A stretch of 64,000 bases of DNA from Octopus sinensis. Its lineage: Eukaryota. The translations under genes and the position numbers were made by a program. Position 1 is the first letter of the stretch, and each line of letters opens with the position of its first letter. This document shows positions 39,212 through 52,397 of this stretch, piece by piece. Location of the stretch: assembly GCF_006345805.1 (NCBI RefSeq), contig NC_043010.1:24862001-24926000 (forward strand), written 5' to 3'. A model generated the notes under the pieces. It had not been told where the DNA came from. It made no database searches and saw nothing but the letters and a program-made list of their open reading frames with translations.

Positions 39212-41525
39212 TTTATTATTTATTATTTATTGGCCACAAGGGCTAACAAAAATCAATTAAAACATAAAGGGACAAAACACAAGACGAAAGTTGAGCTAAC
39301 TGCCACTGAAACACTGCACACATCTGCTTCGGTTCGGAAACCTCGCGCCCGTTCTGGTCCACCAAAGACCGAATGGTCACTTTGTTACCACGCTTCGCCT
39401 CCACCACGCGGGCCCATCGAGCGGCCTTAGTGCTCTTGCACCCCCCCCCACCTACCGCTTAGCTCTGACAACGCAGCCTTCGTGTTTGGTGTCAAAGTGT
39501 TGGTCGAGGGCCAACCTAGCCGCCAACACGTCGGTTGCGATGCCTGTCTCAAGAGCCTCGTCTAGTTTTCTAACAAAATCCCGCTCTGTTTTCCTACGTT
39601 CTACAGCTAGAACCTTACTAAACCTAATTGACTCTGCTCTAATTGCTCTCTTGAGAGCAAACCACCAGTTGTTGTTGATGATTGTCCCCGTGAGCGCCCG
39701 TTTAACTAATAAACTAATCCGGTCACTGTAGGCTTTGCACGCCGTTATCGACGCGTTCAGCTTTCTAGTAGCCGGGACCCTGTCTATGTAGCCTATCTAA
39801 GTCGACCGTACAGATCACGAATTTGTGGTCAGTGTAGTCGACTAGGTGGAATTGCGGACACCCTATGCTGTCCTTATCCGCTGGCCTACAGAAGACTCTA
39901 TCTAAGTACGATCTAGACGACCCGATGCGATTAGTCCAAGTCCACATTGGCACATTCGGGTTGTCTAGTCGAAACCTGTCGGACAGCTGAAAGCGCCTGA
40001 GCAAGTTGGCGAGGCTCTTGCACCTCCTACCTATTAGATGCTCCCGTGCCCACCCGAACGAAACGTTCGTCTAAGACAGCGTTCCAATCCCCAACTAGCA
40101 CTAGAGTGCGTGACGTTCCCAAGACAACTTCAAGACGCTTGAAATAATCGGACTGCCCTGCTCCTGTCGGAGCGTAGGCAGCCAGCAGTCTGAAAGCACC
40201 GCCGTCACTACCGTCTACGTCGAGGACCATCAACTTACCTTCTGCAACCAGGAAGACTGTCCTTATTTTCAAATCCAGACCCTTCCGAAACAAAACCGCA
40301 GTACCACCACCGCTCGCTCCCGGCCGACACGGAGATAGAAATATCTCGTATCCGCCGAAAAGGGCCGCGAGTTCCTGCGGGTCGGAGAGCTTGGTTTCAC
40401 TAATGGCTGCTACATCCACTCTATGAGACCTCAGGTCGTTTAACAGGCGACCCTGTTTCCAAGGTGACCCGAGGCCTCTCACATTTATGCTACCGATTCT
40501 GAGTTTTTCCATGTTTTAAAAGATTAAGGAGAAAAAGGCTCTACTTACTGTTGTTGTTTGGTGGGGTGGCTTCCTTGTGCTTTTGCACGGGTGTTTCCAC
40601 CAGGTTTTGTAGAGTTTTTTGGGAGAAATTTCTCCCTAGCGACCCAACATCGTTTGGGAATTTCTCCTTGATTTTATTATAATTGTCTTGTGTGATTTTA
40701 AATGTAAGCATGTGTGTTGGTGGTGTGTTGTGTGTGGGTATAATAAAATCTGACATTTTTGTGTCTGTGATGTTTTTCAGGTATGTTACTAACTGTTCAT
40801 TGTTCGTGTTTACTGCTGTAACGGTGTTGGTGGTGTCTGTGTGTGTTGGTGTGTGTAGCAGTACTTGTGGAGAAGGTGTTGTTAATTGTTGTTGTTGTGA
40901 GTGCATGTTGTTGCTGTTGATGTTGGGAAGCTCAAATTGTTCGCGCAAATTGTTCGCACAACCTCTGTACTCGTAGAATAGTGGCAGTGTCCTCTATGTC
41001 ATAGAGGACAGCTGCCACTAGCCAAGATATACTTAGCTCGGGCGGCACCTGATCAATTTTAATATGTCACTCGTCGACCAAGGTATGTCGGTACGAGCGA
41101 CAAATTTTCAGTCTGCATGGGCGAAATGGCATGCTTTGTTGCTTCTCCTTCGGTAGGGAAACGAACCTCCACTGTTCCGAAACACTTCCCTCTGGTGACA
41201 TAGCTCTTTTGGCCCCATATGGGCTTTAGAGCTATTTCAAGTTGTTGTGGTGTTGCATGGGTGTGGTGTACAAAGAAGGGAACAGCCAACTGTTCTCTTC
41301 AACGACATGTTTTTCAATATGTAAGTGCATGTATTTTCAAAATGTCAATATTTCAAACTGCAATTTTACCCCTAATTGGGTAAAATTCTACCTAACCAAC
41401 TAGCTCCGCAAGGAGTTAGTCAGCTTGGCCACACAAATATCGAAATATAATTACTTTTAAACAAATTTTCAACAAAAATGGTGTAAAATTACGCAGCTTC
41501 TGGAGACACGTCCGTCCGCTTTGAA
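39210..41525 (-). mobile_element. Internally deleted Tx1-clade LINE (5' end, partial ORF1, APE, 3' tail; RT missing)
   Basis: APE 40512-39765 (MEKLRIGSINVRGL...ISETKL...VGDWN...SYLDR). ORF2 breaks near 39290 and joins a 3' tail ...TTAGCCCTTGTGGCCAATAAA similar to that of the 2987 element. The 5' end shares GGACGTG(C)TGTCTC with the 9150 end. (TAA)n on both sides. Confidence 0.85.
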
Positions 41526-41632
41526 AACCAATAATAATAATAATAATAATAATGATAATAATAATATCAACAGCAACAAAAATAATGATGATGTTAATTT
41601 GTATTTTTATTTTCCTTTTTTTTTTACTGTAG

Positions 41633-44600
41633 CGGAGTTTTCACCGAATGCCATAGAAAAAGAGTACGTCGGTTGCATCGACCTGACAACGACGAAAATG
41701 GTTGATGAGCCCTTAAGTGAGACAACAGACTCCAATAAAAGTAATAATGTGTCAGCTATGCAGGAGCCCTTACCCTACTATTTTCCATATTATAACCATT
41801 TTGGATGCTACGGTATCTACAGCTATGTACCCGGAATTAACTATTGGTGCGCAATCAATTGTCTATACGGTTATTGCCCTTATTCGCACTGCGCCTGCAA
41901 TATACCCTGCAGTGTCAAAACAGATTATATGATAGTGCCAGGCATGTTAGAATGGTGTTACCTGAACTGTCACATGGGACACTGCCCTCCAACGCATTGC
42001 CGATGCTTAGATGAAAACCAGAGTACCCCTTCAGACAACTCGAATCCATCGAATCCACCACCACAAACGGAAGAGCCAACAACACCACCACCACCGACAA
42101 CTCCACAACCACCGACAACACCACCACCACCGACAACGCCCGAGCCACAAACAACAGCCGGCCAGACGGGAACAGGTGCTGCTCCGTTAGATTGTAGTGT
42201 GAAACCTGACTTTATAGCAATACCTGGTATGGTAGATTGGTGTGTTCTGAATTGTGGCTTGGGATTCTGTCCGGAGACGCACTGTGCATGTAAGCAGGAC
42301 ACGGTAGACACAACACTTACGCCGCCAACAACACCCACAACGCCGACAACACCCACAACGCCAACAACACCCATAACACCAACAACACCCACAACGCCAA
42401 CAACGCCCACGACGCTAACAACAACAACTCCAACAACAACACCAACAACAGCTCCAACAACAACACCAACAACAACACCAACAACAACACCAACATCCAC
42501 GCCAACAACAACGCCCACAACCACACAAACAACAACACCAACAACAACTCCAACAACAACGCCCACAACCACACCAACAACAACACCAACAAACACACAA
42601 ACAACCACACCAACAACCACACCAACAACAACACCAACAACAACTCCAACAACAACACCAACAACAACTCCAACAACAACACCCACAACCACACCAACAA
42701 CCACACCAACAACCACACCAACAACCACGCCAACAACCACGCCAACAACAACGCCCACAACCACACCAACAACAACACCAACAGCAACTCCAACAACAAC
42801 CCCCACAACCACACCAACAACAACACCAACAACAACACCAACAACCACGCCAACAACAACGCCCACAACCACACCAACAACAACACCAACAACTCCAACA
42901 ACAACGCCAACAACCACACCAACAACAACACCAACAACCACGCCAACAACAACACCAACAACCACGCCAACAACAACACCAACAACCACGCCAACAACAA
43001 CGCCCACAACCACGCCAACAACAACACCAACAACAACTCCAACAACAACGCCCACAACCACACCAACAACCACACCAACAACCACACCAACAACAACACC
43101 AACAACCACGCCAACAACAACACCAACAACCACGCCAACAACAACGCCCACAACCACACCAACAACAACTCCAACAACAACGCCCACAACCACACCAACA
43201 ACCACACTAACAACCACGCCAACAACCACGCCAACAACAACGCCCACAACCACACCAACAACAACACCAACAACCACGCCAACAACCACGCCAACAACAA
43301 CGCCCACAACCACACCAACAACAACACCAACAACAACTCCAACAACAACGCCCACAACCACACCAACAACCACACCAACAACCACGCCAACAACCACGCC
43401 AACAACAACGCCCACAACCACACCAACAACAACACCAACAACAACTCCAACAACCACACCAACAACCACGCCAACAACAACGCCCACAACCACACCAACA
43501 ACAACACCAACAACAACTCCAACAACAACGCCCACAACCACACCAACAACCACGCCAACAACAACACCAACAACCACGCCAACAACAACGCCCACAACCA
43601 CACCAACAACAACACCAACAACAACTCCAACAACAACGCCCACAACCACACCAACAACAACACCAACCACACCAACAACAACTCCAACAACAACAACTAC
43701 ACCAACAACCACGCCAACAACAACGCCCACACCCACACCAACAACCACACCAACAACCACACCAACAACCACACCAACAACAACACCAACAACAACTCCA
43801 ACAACAACACCAACAACCACACCAACAACCACGCCAACAACAACACCAACAACAACACCAACAACCACACCAACAACCACACCAACAACCACACCAACAA
43901 CAACACCAACAACAACTCCAACAACAACGCCCACAACAACGCTCACAACCACACCAACAACAACACCAACAACCACGCCCACAACCACACCAACAACCAC
44001 GCCAACAACAACGCCCACAACCACACCAACAACAACACCAACAACAACACCAACAACCACACCAACAACCACACCAACAACAACACCAACAACCACACCA
44101 ACAACCACGCCAACAACAACACCAACACCCACGCCAACAACAACGCCCACAACCACACCAACAACAACACCAACAACAACACCAACAACCACGCCAACAA
44201 CCACACCAACAACCACGCCAACAACAACGCCCACAACAACGCCCACAACCACACCAACAACAACACCAACAACCACGCCCACAACCACACCAACAACCCC
44301 GCCAACAACAACGCCCACAACCACACCAACAAAAACACCAACAACAACACCAACAACAACGCCCACAACCACGCCAACAACCACGCTAACAACCACGCCA
44401 ACAACAACGCCCACAACAACGCCCACAACAACGCCCATAACCACACCAACAACAACACCAACAACAACTCCAACAACAACACCAACAACAACTCCAACAA
44501 CAACACCAACAACCACGCCAACAACAACACCAACAACCACGCCAACAACAACGCCCACAACCACACCAACAACAACACCAACAACAACACCAACAACAAC

Positions 44601-46017
44601 TCCAACAACAACGCCCACAACCACACCAACAACCACACCAACAACCACGCCAACAACCACGCCAACAACAACGCCCACAACAACGCCCACAACCACACCA
44701 ACAACAACACCAACAACAACACCAACAACCACGCCAACAACCACGCTAACAACCACGCCAACAACAACGCCCACAACCACACCAACAACAACACCAACAA
44801 CAACACCAACAACAACTCCAACAACAACGCCCACAACCACACCAACAACAACACCAACAGCAACACCAACAACCACACCAACAACAACGCCCACAACCAC
44901 ACCAACAACAACACCAACAACCACACCAACAACCACACCAACAACAACACCAACAACCACACCAACAACCACGCCAACAACAACACCAACAACCACGCCA
45001 ACAACAACGCCCACAACCACACCAACAACCACACCAACAACAACTCCAACAACAACGCCCACAACCACACCAACAACAACACCAACCACACCAACAACAA
45101 CTCCAACAACAACAACTACACCAACAACCACGCCAACAACAACGCCCACAACCACACCAACAACCACACCAACAACCACCACCAACAACAACCACACCAA
45201 CAACAACACCAAAAACAACTCCAACAACAACACAACAACCACACCAACAACACGCCAACAACAACACCAACAACAACACCAACAACCACACCAACAACCA
45301 CACCAACAACAACAACCAACAACAACTCCAACAACAACACCAACAACCACACCAACAACAACACCAACAACAACTCCAACAACAACACCAACAACCACAC
45401 CAACAACCACGCGAACAACAACACCAACAACAACACCAACAACCACACCAACAACCACACCAACAACAACACCAACAACAACTCCAACAACAACACCAAC
45501 AACCACACCAACAACAACGCCCACAACCACACCAACAACAACGCCCACAACCACACCAACAACCACATCAACAACCACATCAACAACCACACCAACAACA
45601 ACACCAACAACAACACCAACAACCACACCAACAACCACACCAACAACCACAACAACAACAACACCAACAACAACACCAACAACAACTCCAACAACAACAC
45701 TAACAACCACACCAACAACAACGCCCACAACCACACCAACAACAACACTAACAACCACACCAACAACAACGCCCACAACCACACCAACAACAACACCAAC
45801 AACAACTCCAACAACCACACCAACAACAACACCAACAACCACAACACCAAACATCAACGCAGACATTACAACTCCTTCGCCTTTTAAACACCGACCTTAT
45901 CACAAGCAGCGACAATTTCGCAAGCGTCGGCAAGAACGATGCTTTTGCAGAAACCCTCACCTTCGTGTCCATCGTTACTCTTCTGTTGGCAAATGGCGTC
46001 GTCTTCGCTTTGTTTAG
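41633..46017 (+). CDS. Terminal coding exon: last LPMO-like strand (EYVGCIDL), 3 Cys-rich modules, ~1170-aa PTTT mucin repeat, basic tail
   Basis: Acceptor TTTTTTTTTTACTGTAG| at 41632 in phase 1 (G|CG = Ala) matches the 25394 donor. The frame stays open for 4385 nt to TAG at 46015-46017. Variation in the repeat is mostly synonymous (ACA/ACC/ACG/ACT, CCA/CCC). The ORF-track start at 41521 is an artefact of an (AAT)n tract. Confidence 0.85.
41806..42291 (+). repeat. Three 6-cysteine modules C-x8-PG(M/I)xxWCxxNCxxGxCPxxHCxC
   Basis: Copies at 41806-41898 (CYGIYSYVPGINYWCAINCLYGYCPYSHCAC), 41908-42006 (CSVKTDYMIVPGMLEWCYLNCHMGHCPPTHCRC) and 42193-42291 (CSVKPDFIAIPGMVDWCVLNCGLGFCPETHCAC). Confidence 0.9.
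42319..45846 (+). repeat. Coding minisatellite, 12-bp unit (CCA ACA ACA/ACC ACA/ACG) encoding (PTTT)n
   Basis: About 3.5 kb of tandem 12-mers, with recurring higher-order blocks marked by synonymous variants. Confidence 0.97.
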
Positions 46018-46610
46018 CTTGAACTTTTTCGTTGTTTGTCACATCGATTTCCCTCTTCGACCTATTCATCCTTTCGAATGTCTCCTCATATTACACTTTT
46101 CAATCTTTTTTGGGTTTTTTGCACCGCATTATTCTCTTTTTTTAATTGTCTTTCAATCCATTTTTGCAAGCAAATAACATTACAAAATATCTCTTCCTGC
46201 CAACTTATGTGTGTTTATTGTGTTTATTGTCATCATAGTAATATATATATATATATATATACATTGGTCAGTAATATACTATTGGTCAGTAATATTTCAG
46301 GATGATTTAAGGCAACAAACTACCAGAATCGTTAGCGACACTTCGTCCGTCTTTATGTTCTGAGTTCAAATTCTGCTGAGGTGGACTTTTCCTTTCATCT
46401 TTTCGAAGTCAATATAATAAGTACCAGCCTAACATTGTATTGATATAATCGACTTATCTTCTCCACTGAATTTGCTGACTTGTGCCTCAAATTTGAAATC
46501 GAAATGACTCAGAGGGAAATAACTGAGAATGTTTATGAAATTTGGGCAACTATTGCACACCCCCACTCACTTTTATTTGCCGCCATTATCGTTTTGTCGA
46601 TATATATATA

Positions 46611-47165
46611 TATTGGGTTGAGGAATAATCATTGCGCGGTTTTTTGTTTTTTTTTATTCAAATCTATTGAGTGAATGTCGTTCACCACAGTTTTTCATCA
46701 CAATCCATTGCTCCGCCAATTTTCTGTTCGTTTGACGTGGACTGTCGTGAAGAAGTTGATTCAATGTCTCTTCATTGAGCTCATTTGTTCGACCAGTGTG
46801 TGATCTGTCATTGAGGTCAAAATTCCCATTTTTGAAACGCGAAAACCAACGGCGGGCGGTATTTTGAGGCATTGATCCCTCTTCATATACAGCACAAATC
46901 TCACGAGCAGCTTCGACGGGCTTGACACCTCGATTAAATGCAAAAAGCAAAATGGTGTCGAAAATGCTCAGTTTTGTCCACTTGACATTCCATTTTAATG
47001 ATCTGAAAGTACACAAAAATCAATAAAATTAGAATATCAGAACACACTATTTTGTAGAGCAAAAAATTCTCTTTTAAATAACATAAAACATTTTGCGTTT
47101 TATTTCTGTGTGCATTTTTAAATTTGAAAAAAAAAACGCTCTTGAATTATTTCCACAACCCAATA
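46611..47165 (-). mobile_element. Internally deleted mariner element
   Basis: Imperfect TIRs TATTGGGTTG(A/T)GGAA... at both ends, TA-flanked. The minus-strand ORF encodes a Mos1-like HTH (AAREICAVY...TARRWFSRFKNGNFDLND...GR). Confidence 0.88.
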
Positions 47166-47852
47166 CAATCTTTTTTCGTAAAGCAATTCGCTGAAAGGAG
47201 ACGCTGTTGAGTAGAATAGCCTCGCTCTGGTTTTTGCCCTCCTTCTGAGAATGTCAGCTGAAACAGAAAGCAAGAAAAAACTTTATTACATTTCAATTTA
47301 TGCATTTAATTAAAAAGAAAACGACTCTCCTCAGACACAACTTTGTTTGTTTTGAAGAAAATTTCATTTTGAAAAAAACAAAAGCTTCTTTCATTTCTCT
47401 TGCTTGCATAGAGTAAAAATTCTAACCCTATTACGCACACACAAATACACACATGCACACACACACACGTATACACACGTTCTCACGCACGCACACACAC
47501 ACTCACGCACACATTCTCACACAAGCACATACACACATACATTCATACGCACACACACTCACACCCACACACATACACACATCGACACACACACACATGC
47601 ACACATTCACATGCACGCACACTTACACATGTACACATTCTCACGCACGCACACACACATACACACACTCATACACACGCGCGTACGCGCACACACACAC
47701 ATTTATATATATATATGTGTGTGTTTGTGTGTGTGTGTGTGTGTGTTTTTGTCCCTGGGCAACCGATGCCAATGTGTTTATGTCCCCGTAATTTAGCGGT
47801 TCGGCAGATTTTTTTTTATTTCATTCCTTTACACTTCTTTCTATTTATGTAA

Positions 47853-47888
47853 CTTTCTGAAGAAGAGTTGAAGCTCGAAATGTTAAAG
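47853..47888 (+). ncRNA. Minimal Penelope-type hammerhead-like motif
   Basis: CTTT-CTGAAGA-A-GAGT-TGAA-GCTC-GAAAT-GTT-AAAG. Stems I and II close, with an extra A after A9 and C15.2 changed to U. Confidence 0.55.
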
Positions 47889-49208
47889 ATATTCCCACTT
47901 TCTGGGTCTCTCATCCAGGATTAAACTATCAATACTTAGTCTTCTGTTCTATGTCATATATGTATATATTGTGTAACATACGGATTCATAGAATACTGTG
48001 CCAGTCACAAAAAGCTGCCCTGAGGGACTCGGTTAACAGACAGCATAGTAATCCAATACAGAGAAATACGATATAGAGTATACATGCAGCTGGAATCCAG
48101 GAGATCCGATCGATGAGATCATTAAATGAGGTGTATATAAACCACAAAAGTCAGGAAGTTTGAAAGATCGATGTCTGAATTTAGACACCGTGAGAAGACG
48201 GCAGTCTCACAGCCTTCATCATGTGATAATGCATAATAAATTATGTTTAGATGTTTACATACAGACATGTAAACGTAATTTATTATGCACTGGAATTATT
48301 ATAAAACCAGACTACCCGTGACCCGTTGGGTCGCAGGGAAAGTCTGAGTTTCCCAGCAACGGAGTTTTGTTTAATGTTTTTTTTTTTCTTTTCCCGCGTA
48401 AGCTGCACTTTTCCCCAGAAAATGAAAAACTTGGCTGCTATTTCTTGCACGCCCTGCTACCATGTAACAGGTTTTGGGGTCCTTTATCGCAAATAGCCGT
48501 TACGTGGTAGCAAAGCGTGTTAGAAATAGCAGCCAAATCTTTGGAAGTGAGATACGTTGAATACACTCGAAAAAAGAATATGGCAAAAAATAATTTCAAG
48601 CCGAGATTACGAACGGGTTTTTTCGAAATATTTATGCCACAAAACAATATTTTGTAATGTTATTCACTTGAAAATGATTAAAATATGGTATGTTTAAAGA
48701 AAGCTAAAATACAAATACTTACTCTACAAACAACTTACATTTTTGAAATCACATTCACTTAAAAACATTTCTAAATTATTATTTACCGTAAAAAAAAAAC
48801 GAACTGTATTTTTCCGTTGTCAAATCAGTCTCATCGAAAGTTAAGAGTTACTTTCCTTCAAGATTAAATTAATTTTTAGACTTTTACCATTATGCACCGT
48901 TTAGGGTATATACCTTGAAAACCCATAATATCTTCACAACCACTTATCCGATTTACGCAAAATTTGTTTCATTCCGTACGTATTTGCATTTCAGGGGAGA
49001 CTTCAGTCATAGTATTTTCCCATTATGCGCCTATTTGGCTGGGTAACATTGCAAGCAAGAAAGATTCAGTCTGACTTTTAATGTATTATACATGAAGAAA
49101 GAAAACGGCTGCTAAACAACCCTCATCCTAAGGATGTCAACTGATTAGATATAATCACTCTCATATACATACACACACAAACACACACACACACACATAT
49201 ACATATAT

Positions 49209-49286
<78 letters not shown>

Positions 49287-49311
49287 ATGTATATATATAT
49301 AATATATATAT

Positions 49312-49369
<58 letters not shown>

Positions 49370-49821
49370 TATATATAGAACAAAACGCAATAGAGAACAT
49401 TAAAACATTCGGACATATAGACGATACAAAGGCGGACAAGAGAAACAACAATTAGAAGGACAGGCAAAAAAAAGACGAGTTATTCATGGCTTTCTTTCCT
49501 CAGTCAAGTTCCAGAAGTCACGACCATTTCGGGCAGTTACACTTGAGATGGTTCGATCAGGTTGCCTCTAAAAAAGACTAAGCTAAGAGCATTAGACCTC
49601 TTTGTGAGAAAGCTAGCGAATGTATACGGCAAAAAAGATAAAAAAAAAAAAGAAGACGGAGAACATGGTACACAATTACGAATACAAACAACAAGAAATA
49701 ACAACAGGTGTCTTTCGACTGCGAAGGAAATCAAATTCTGCTGGCGTGTATGAAATGAAATCCTAAGAAACATAGGAAATGGACATAAGAGGTGTTGGCG
49801 GTCGATACATATATATATTTA

Positions 49822-49891
<70 letters not shown>

Positions 49892-50755
49892 GGGAGTATT
49901 ACTCCAAACTTTCAGGGAAAAATTCAATTTATTATTAAATCAAATTTCACAATATAAATATACAATATACAAATTAGAGAAAAACCACTATTATGCAATT
50001 CAAACAATGATAGACATAAACCAAATCATAAAGAAAAAATGAAATTTTTTTTTAAAACATATAATTAGATCACAAAAAGTACAAAAATGATAAACAATAT
50101 ATAAGTAAAAAGCTACGTACGTTTCATGGCTATAATTTAAATTCGAATTACATTTAAATTTAAATTTAATCGAAAAACACATATATATATTTGTATGTAT
50201 ATGTATGTTCGACAAATAGGGCATGATCAAAGATAAAAAAAAAAAAGAAGACGGAGAACATGGTACACAATTACGTAGATTCTTAAAAATATGTAGCAGG
50301 TGTCGATATGCTTGACTAAACTCTTTAAGTTTGTGCCCCGGCATGTCTGCAATCCGAATGACTCTAAGAAGAAACAAGGATGAATAAACAAAAAAGAAAC
50401 GGGGAGTATAGTATTACATTTAAGTATATTAGTTTAATATTAATTGATATTTTGGTCAACTATATAATTGAGTAAAATAATAAATCTATAGATACTACAT
50501 ATATATTAATAATATAGTTAGTCTATCTAATAGGTGTGTATATATTTGAACCATTTCCTATTTTTAATTCTAATATTTATAGCTTGTACTAACATTATGC
50601 ATATTACTTAACATTAAGGCTTTTAATATTAATTACTTAATGAGTATAAGATTTTATTTAGATGTTTATTAAATAAATTAATTAATTAATAATTTAATTT
50701 AATGTATATAGATTAAATTATAGTATTTAGTTTTCACTTAATGTATATTTTGTAT

Positions 50756-50798
<43 letters not shown>

Positions 50799-50853
50799 TT
50801 ATGTATAATATATATATATATACATTATATATATTATATATATATATATATAT

Positions 50854-50885
<32 letters not shown>

Positions 50886-51260
50886 ATATATATTAGTGGA
50901 ACTAAAACACAATAAAGGACAATAAACCATTCGGACAGACAGACGATACAAAAGCGGACAAGAAAAGCAGTAATTAGAAGGACAGGGGGTGGGGAAAGGA
51001 CAGGTCATTCGCGACCTTCTTTCTTCAGTGAAGTTACTAGATGTCCTTACAGTTTCGAGCAGTTACACTTGAGACTGTTCAATCTGGTTGCCCCCCAAAA
51101 AAGTCTAAGCTAAGAGCATTATATTTTTTGTAAGAAAGTTAACGAATGTGTACGGCAACAAAAGACGGAGAACATGGTGTCTTTAGACAGGTGTCTTTCG
51201 AACGAGGACGAATCAAATTGAGCTGGCGTGTATAAAGTGAAAGCCTAGACAGTTGTGCTC
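49370..51260. repeat. Two related ~380-bp dispersed repeat copies (49370-49760, 50890-51260) plus a partial third (~50220-50290)
   Basis: Shared ATTCGGACA.A.GACGATACAAA.GCGGACAAG, GCAGTTACACTTGAGA and AAGACGGAGAACATGGT. Family unassigned, possibly Penelope-like termini. Confidence 0.65.
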
Positions 51261-51289
<29 letters not shown>

Positions 51290-51291
<2 letters not shown>

Positions 51292-51311
51292 CTATTATAT
51301 AAAATCCGTTA

Positions 51312-51351
<40 letters not shown>

Positions 51352-51805
51352 TTCTAAGATCTCGGGCATCGTCCATCCGATTGCGCTCAAATTTGATATG
51401 TAGATACCGACGGTATCAGGGCGTGTATAAGTCTTGAAAAATTACAAAAATCGATTCCAGGTGAGAATGCGATCGATAAAGCTGTGGGGACGTGCATTTG
51501 TACGCGCAAGTATATCAGTTGTTGCGATCGATACTACGCGTACGTGAGAAAAATGCACGTGCAGTTTGCGCCAAAAAAGCCGGCTGGCTTGAAATAATGC
51601 CACAAAATGCAGTATATTTAAGAGACCAAAAAAGTAAGAAGCAAGAGATATTTTCTTCAAACTTGGCATGAAGGAAGGAAAGACTATTAGGTTTCTCAAG
51701 AAGTTTTTTTTTTTTTTTGCTTTAACTTCGTTTAACAAAACCAAAGTATTGTTTGAAATAAAGGCATGCTTAATTATTTTTAAATGAAAAACACTGATTG
51801 CTTTT
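51290..51805 (+). mobile_element. Possible non-autonomous Helitron-like 5' fragment
   Basis: Begins TCTATTATATAAAATCCG, then (TG)n, then CCGATTGCGCTCAAATTTG, an arrangement typical of Helitron/HINE-type repeats. No 3' hairpin-CTRR end seen. Confidence 0.4.
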
Positions 51806-51809
51806 TAAT

Positions 51810-52075
51810 CAGCAGATATGATTCAGCACCGTCCATTGGCATATTTCGGTCATATTATGCGGAGAAAATCCTTGGAGAAGGACATCATGCTCGGAATGGT
51901 CAGTGGCAAGAGAGGAAGAGGCCGACCAAGAACCCGCTGGCTTGACACCATCAAGAGGGATACCGGAATGGACATAGCCAATCTGAAAGACGCGGCGGCC
52001 CAGGATAGAACTGACTGGAGGACACTGATCCAACGAGTGACCGAGAGTCGACTTCGACTGAGCGGATAGGTAGAT
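51810..52075 (+). mobile_element. RTE (BovB-like) LINE 3' fragment
   Basis: LAYFGHIMRRKSLEKDIMLG.V.GKRGRGRPRTRWLD...AQDR..WR. Confidence 0.85.
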
Positions 52076-52218
52076 AGATGTATATACACGACGGGCTTCT
52101 TTCAGTTTCCGTCTAACAAATCCACTCAAAGCTTTGGTTGGCCCGAGTCTATAGTAGAAGATACTTGCCTAATGTGTAACGTAGTGTAACTAAACTCGGT
52201 ATATATATATATATATAT

Positions 52219-52282
<64 letters not shown>

Positions 52283-52336
52283 TAGAGAGATAGATAGATA
52301 GATAGATAGATAGATGGATGGATGGATGGATGGATG

Positions 52337-52395
<59 letters not shown>

Positions 52396-52397
<2 letters not shown>

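Noticed and set aside
41521-41632. N-terminal MKTNNNNNN... extension in the ORF track
   Set aside because: It is an intronic (AAT)n tract and polypyrimidine tract upstream of the acceptor at 41632, and the listed start is TTG.
41970-45866. 1298-aa minus-strand ORF (VVVG)n and overlapping LLLW/CCCW ORFs
   Set aside because: These are antisense shadows of the (PTTT)n repeat, which has no stops in those frames. Synonymous variation follows the + frame.
48315-48360. GC-rich hairpin CCCGTGACCCGTTGGGTCGCAGGG as a Helitron end or terminator
   Set aside because: No CTRR terminus or matching 5' end was identified, so there is insufficient support.
49480-49560. Possible type II hammerhead (GAAA...GTC then CTGAGGA on the minus strand; similar at 51005-51085)
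   Set aside because: Core words are present, but stems I and II cannot be paired in either copy.
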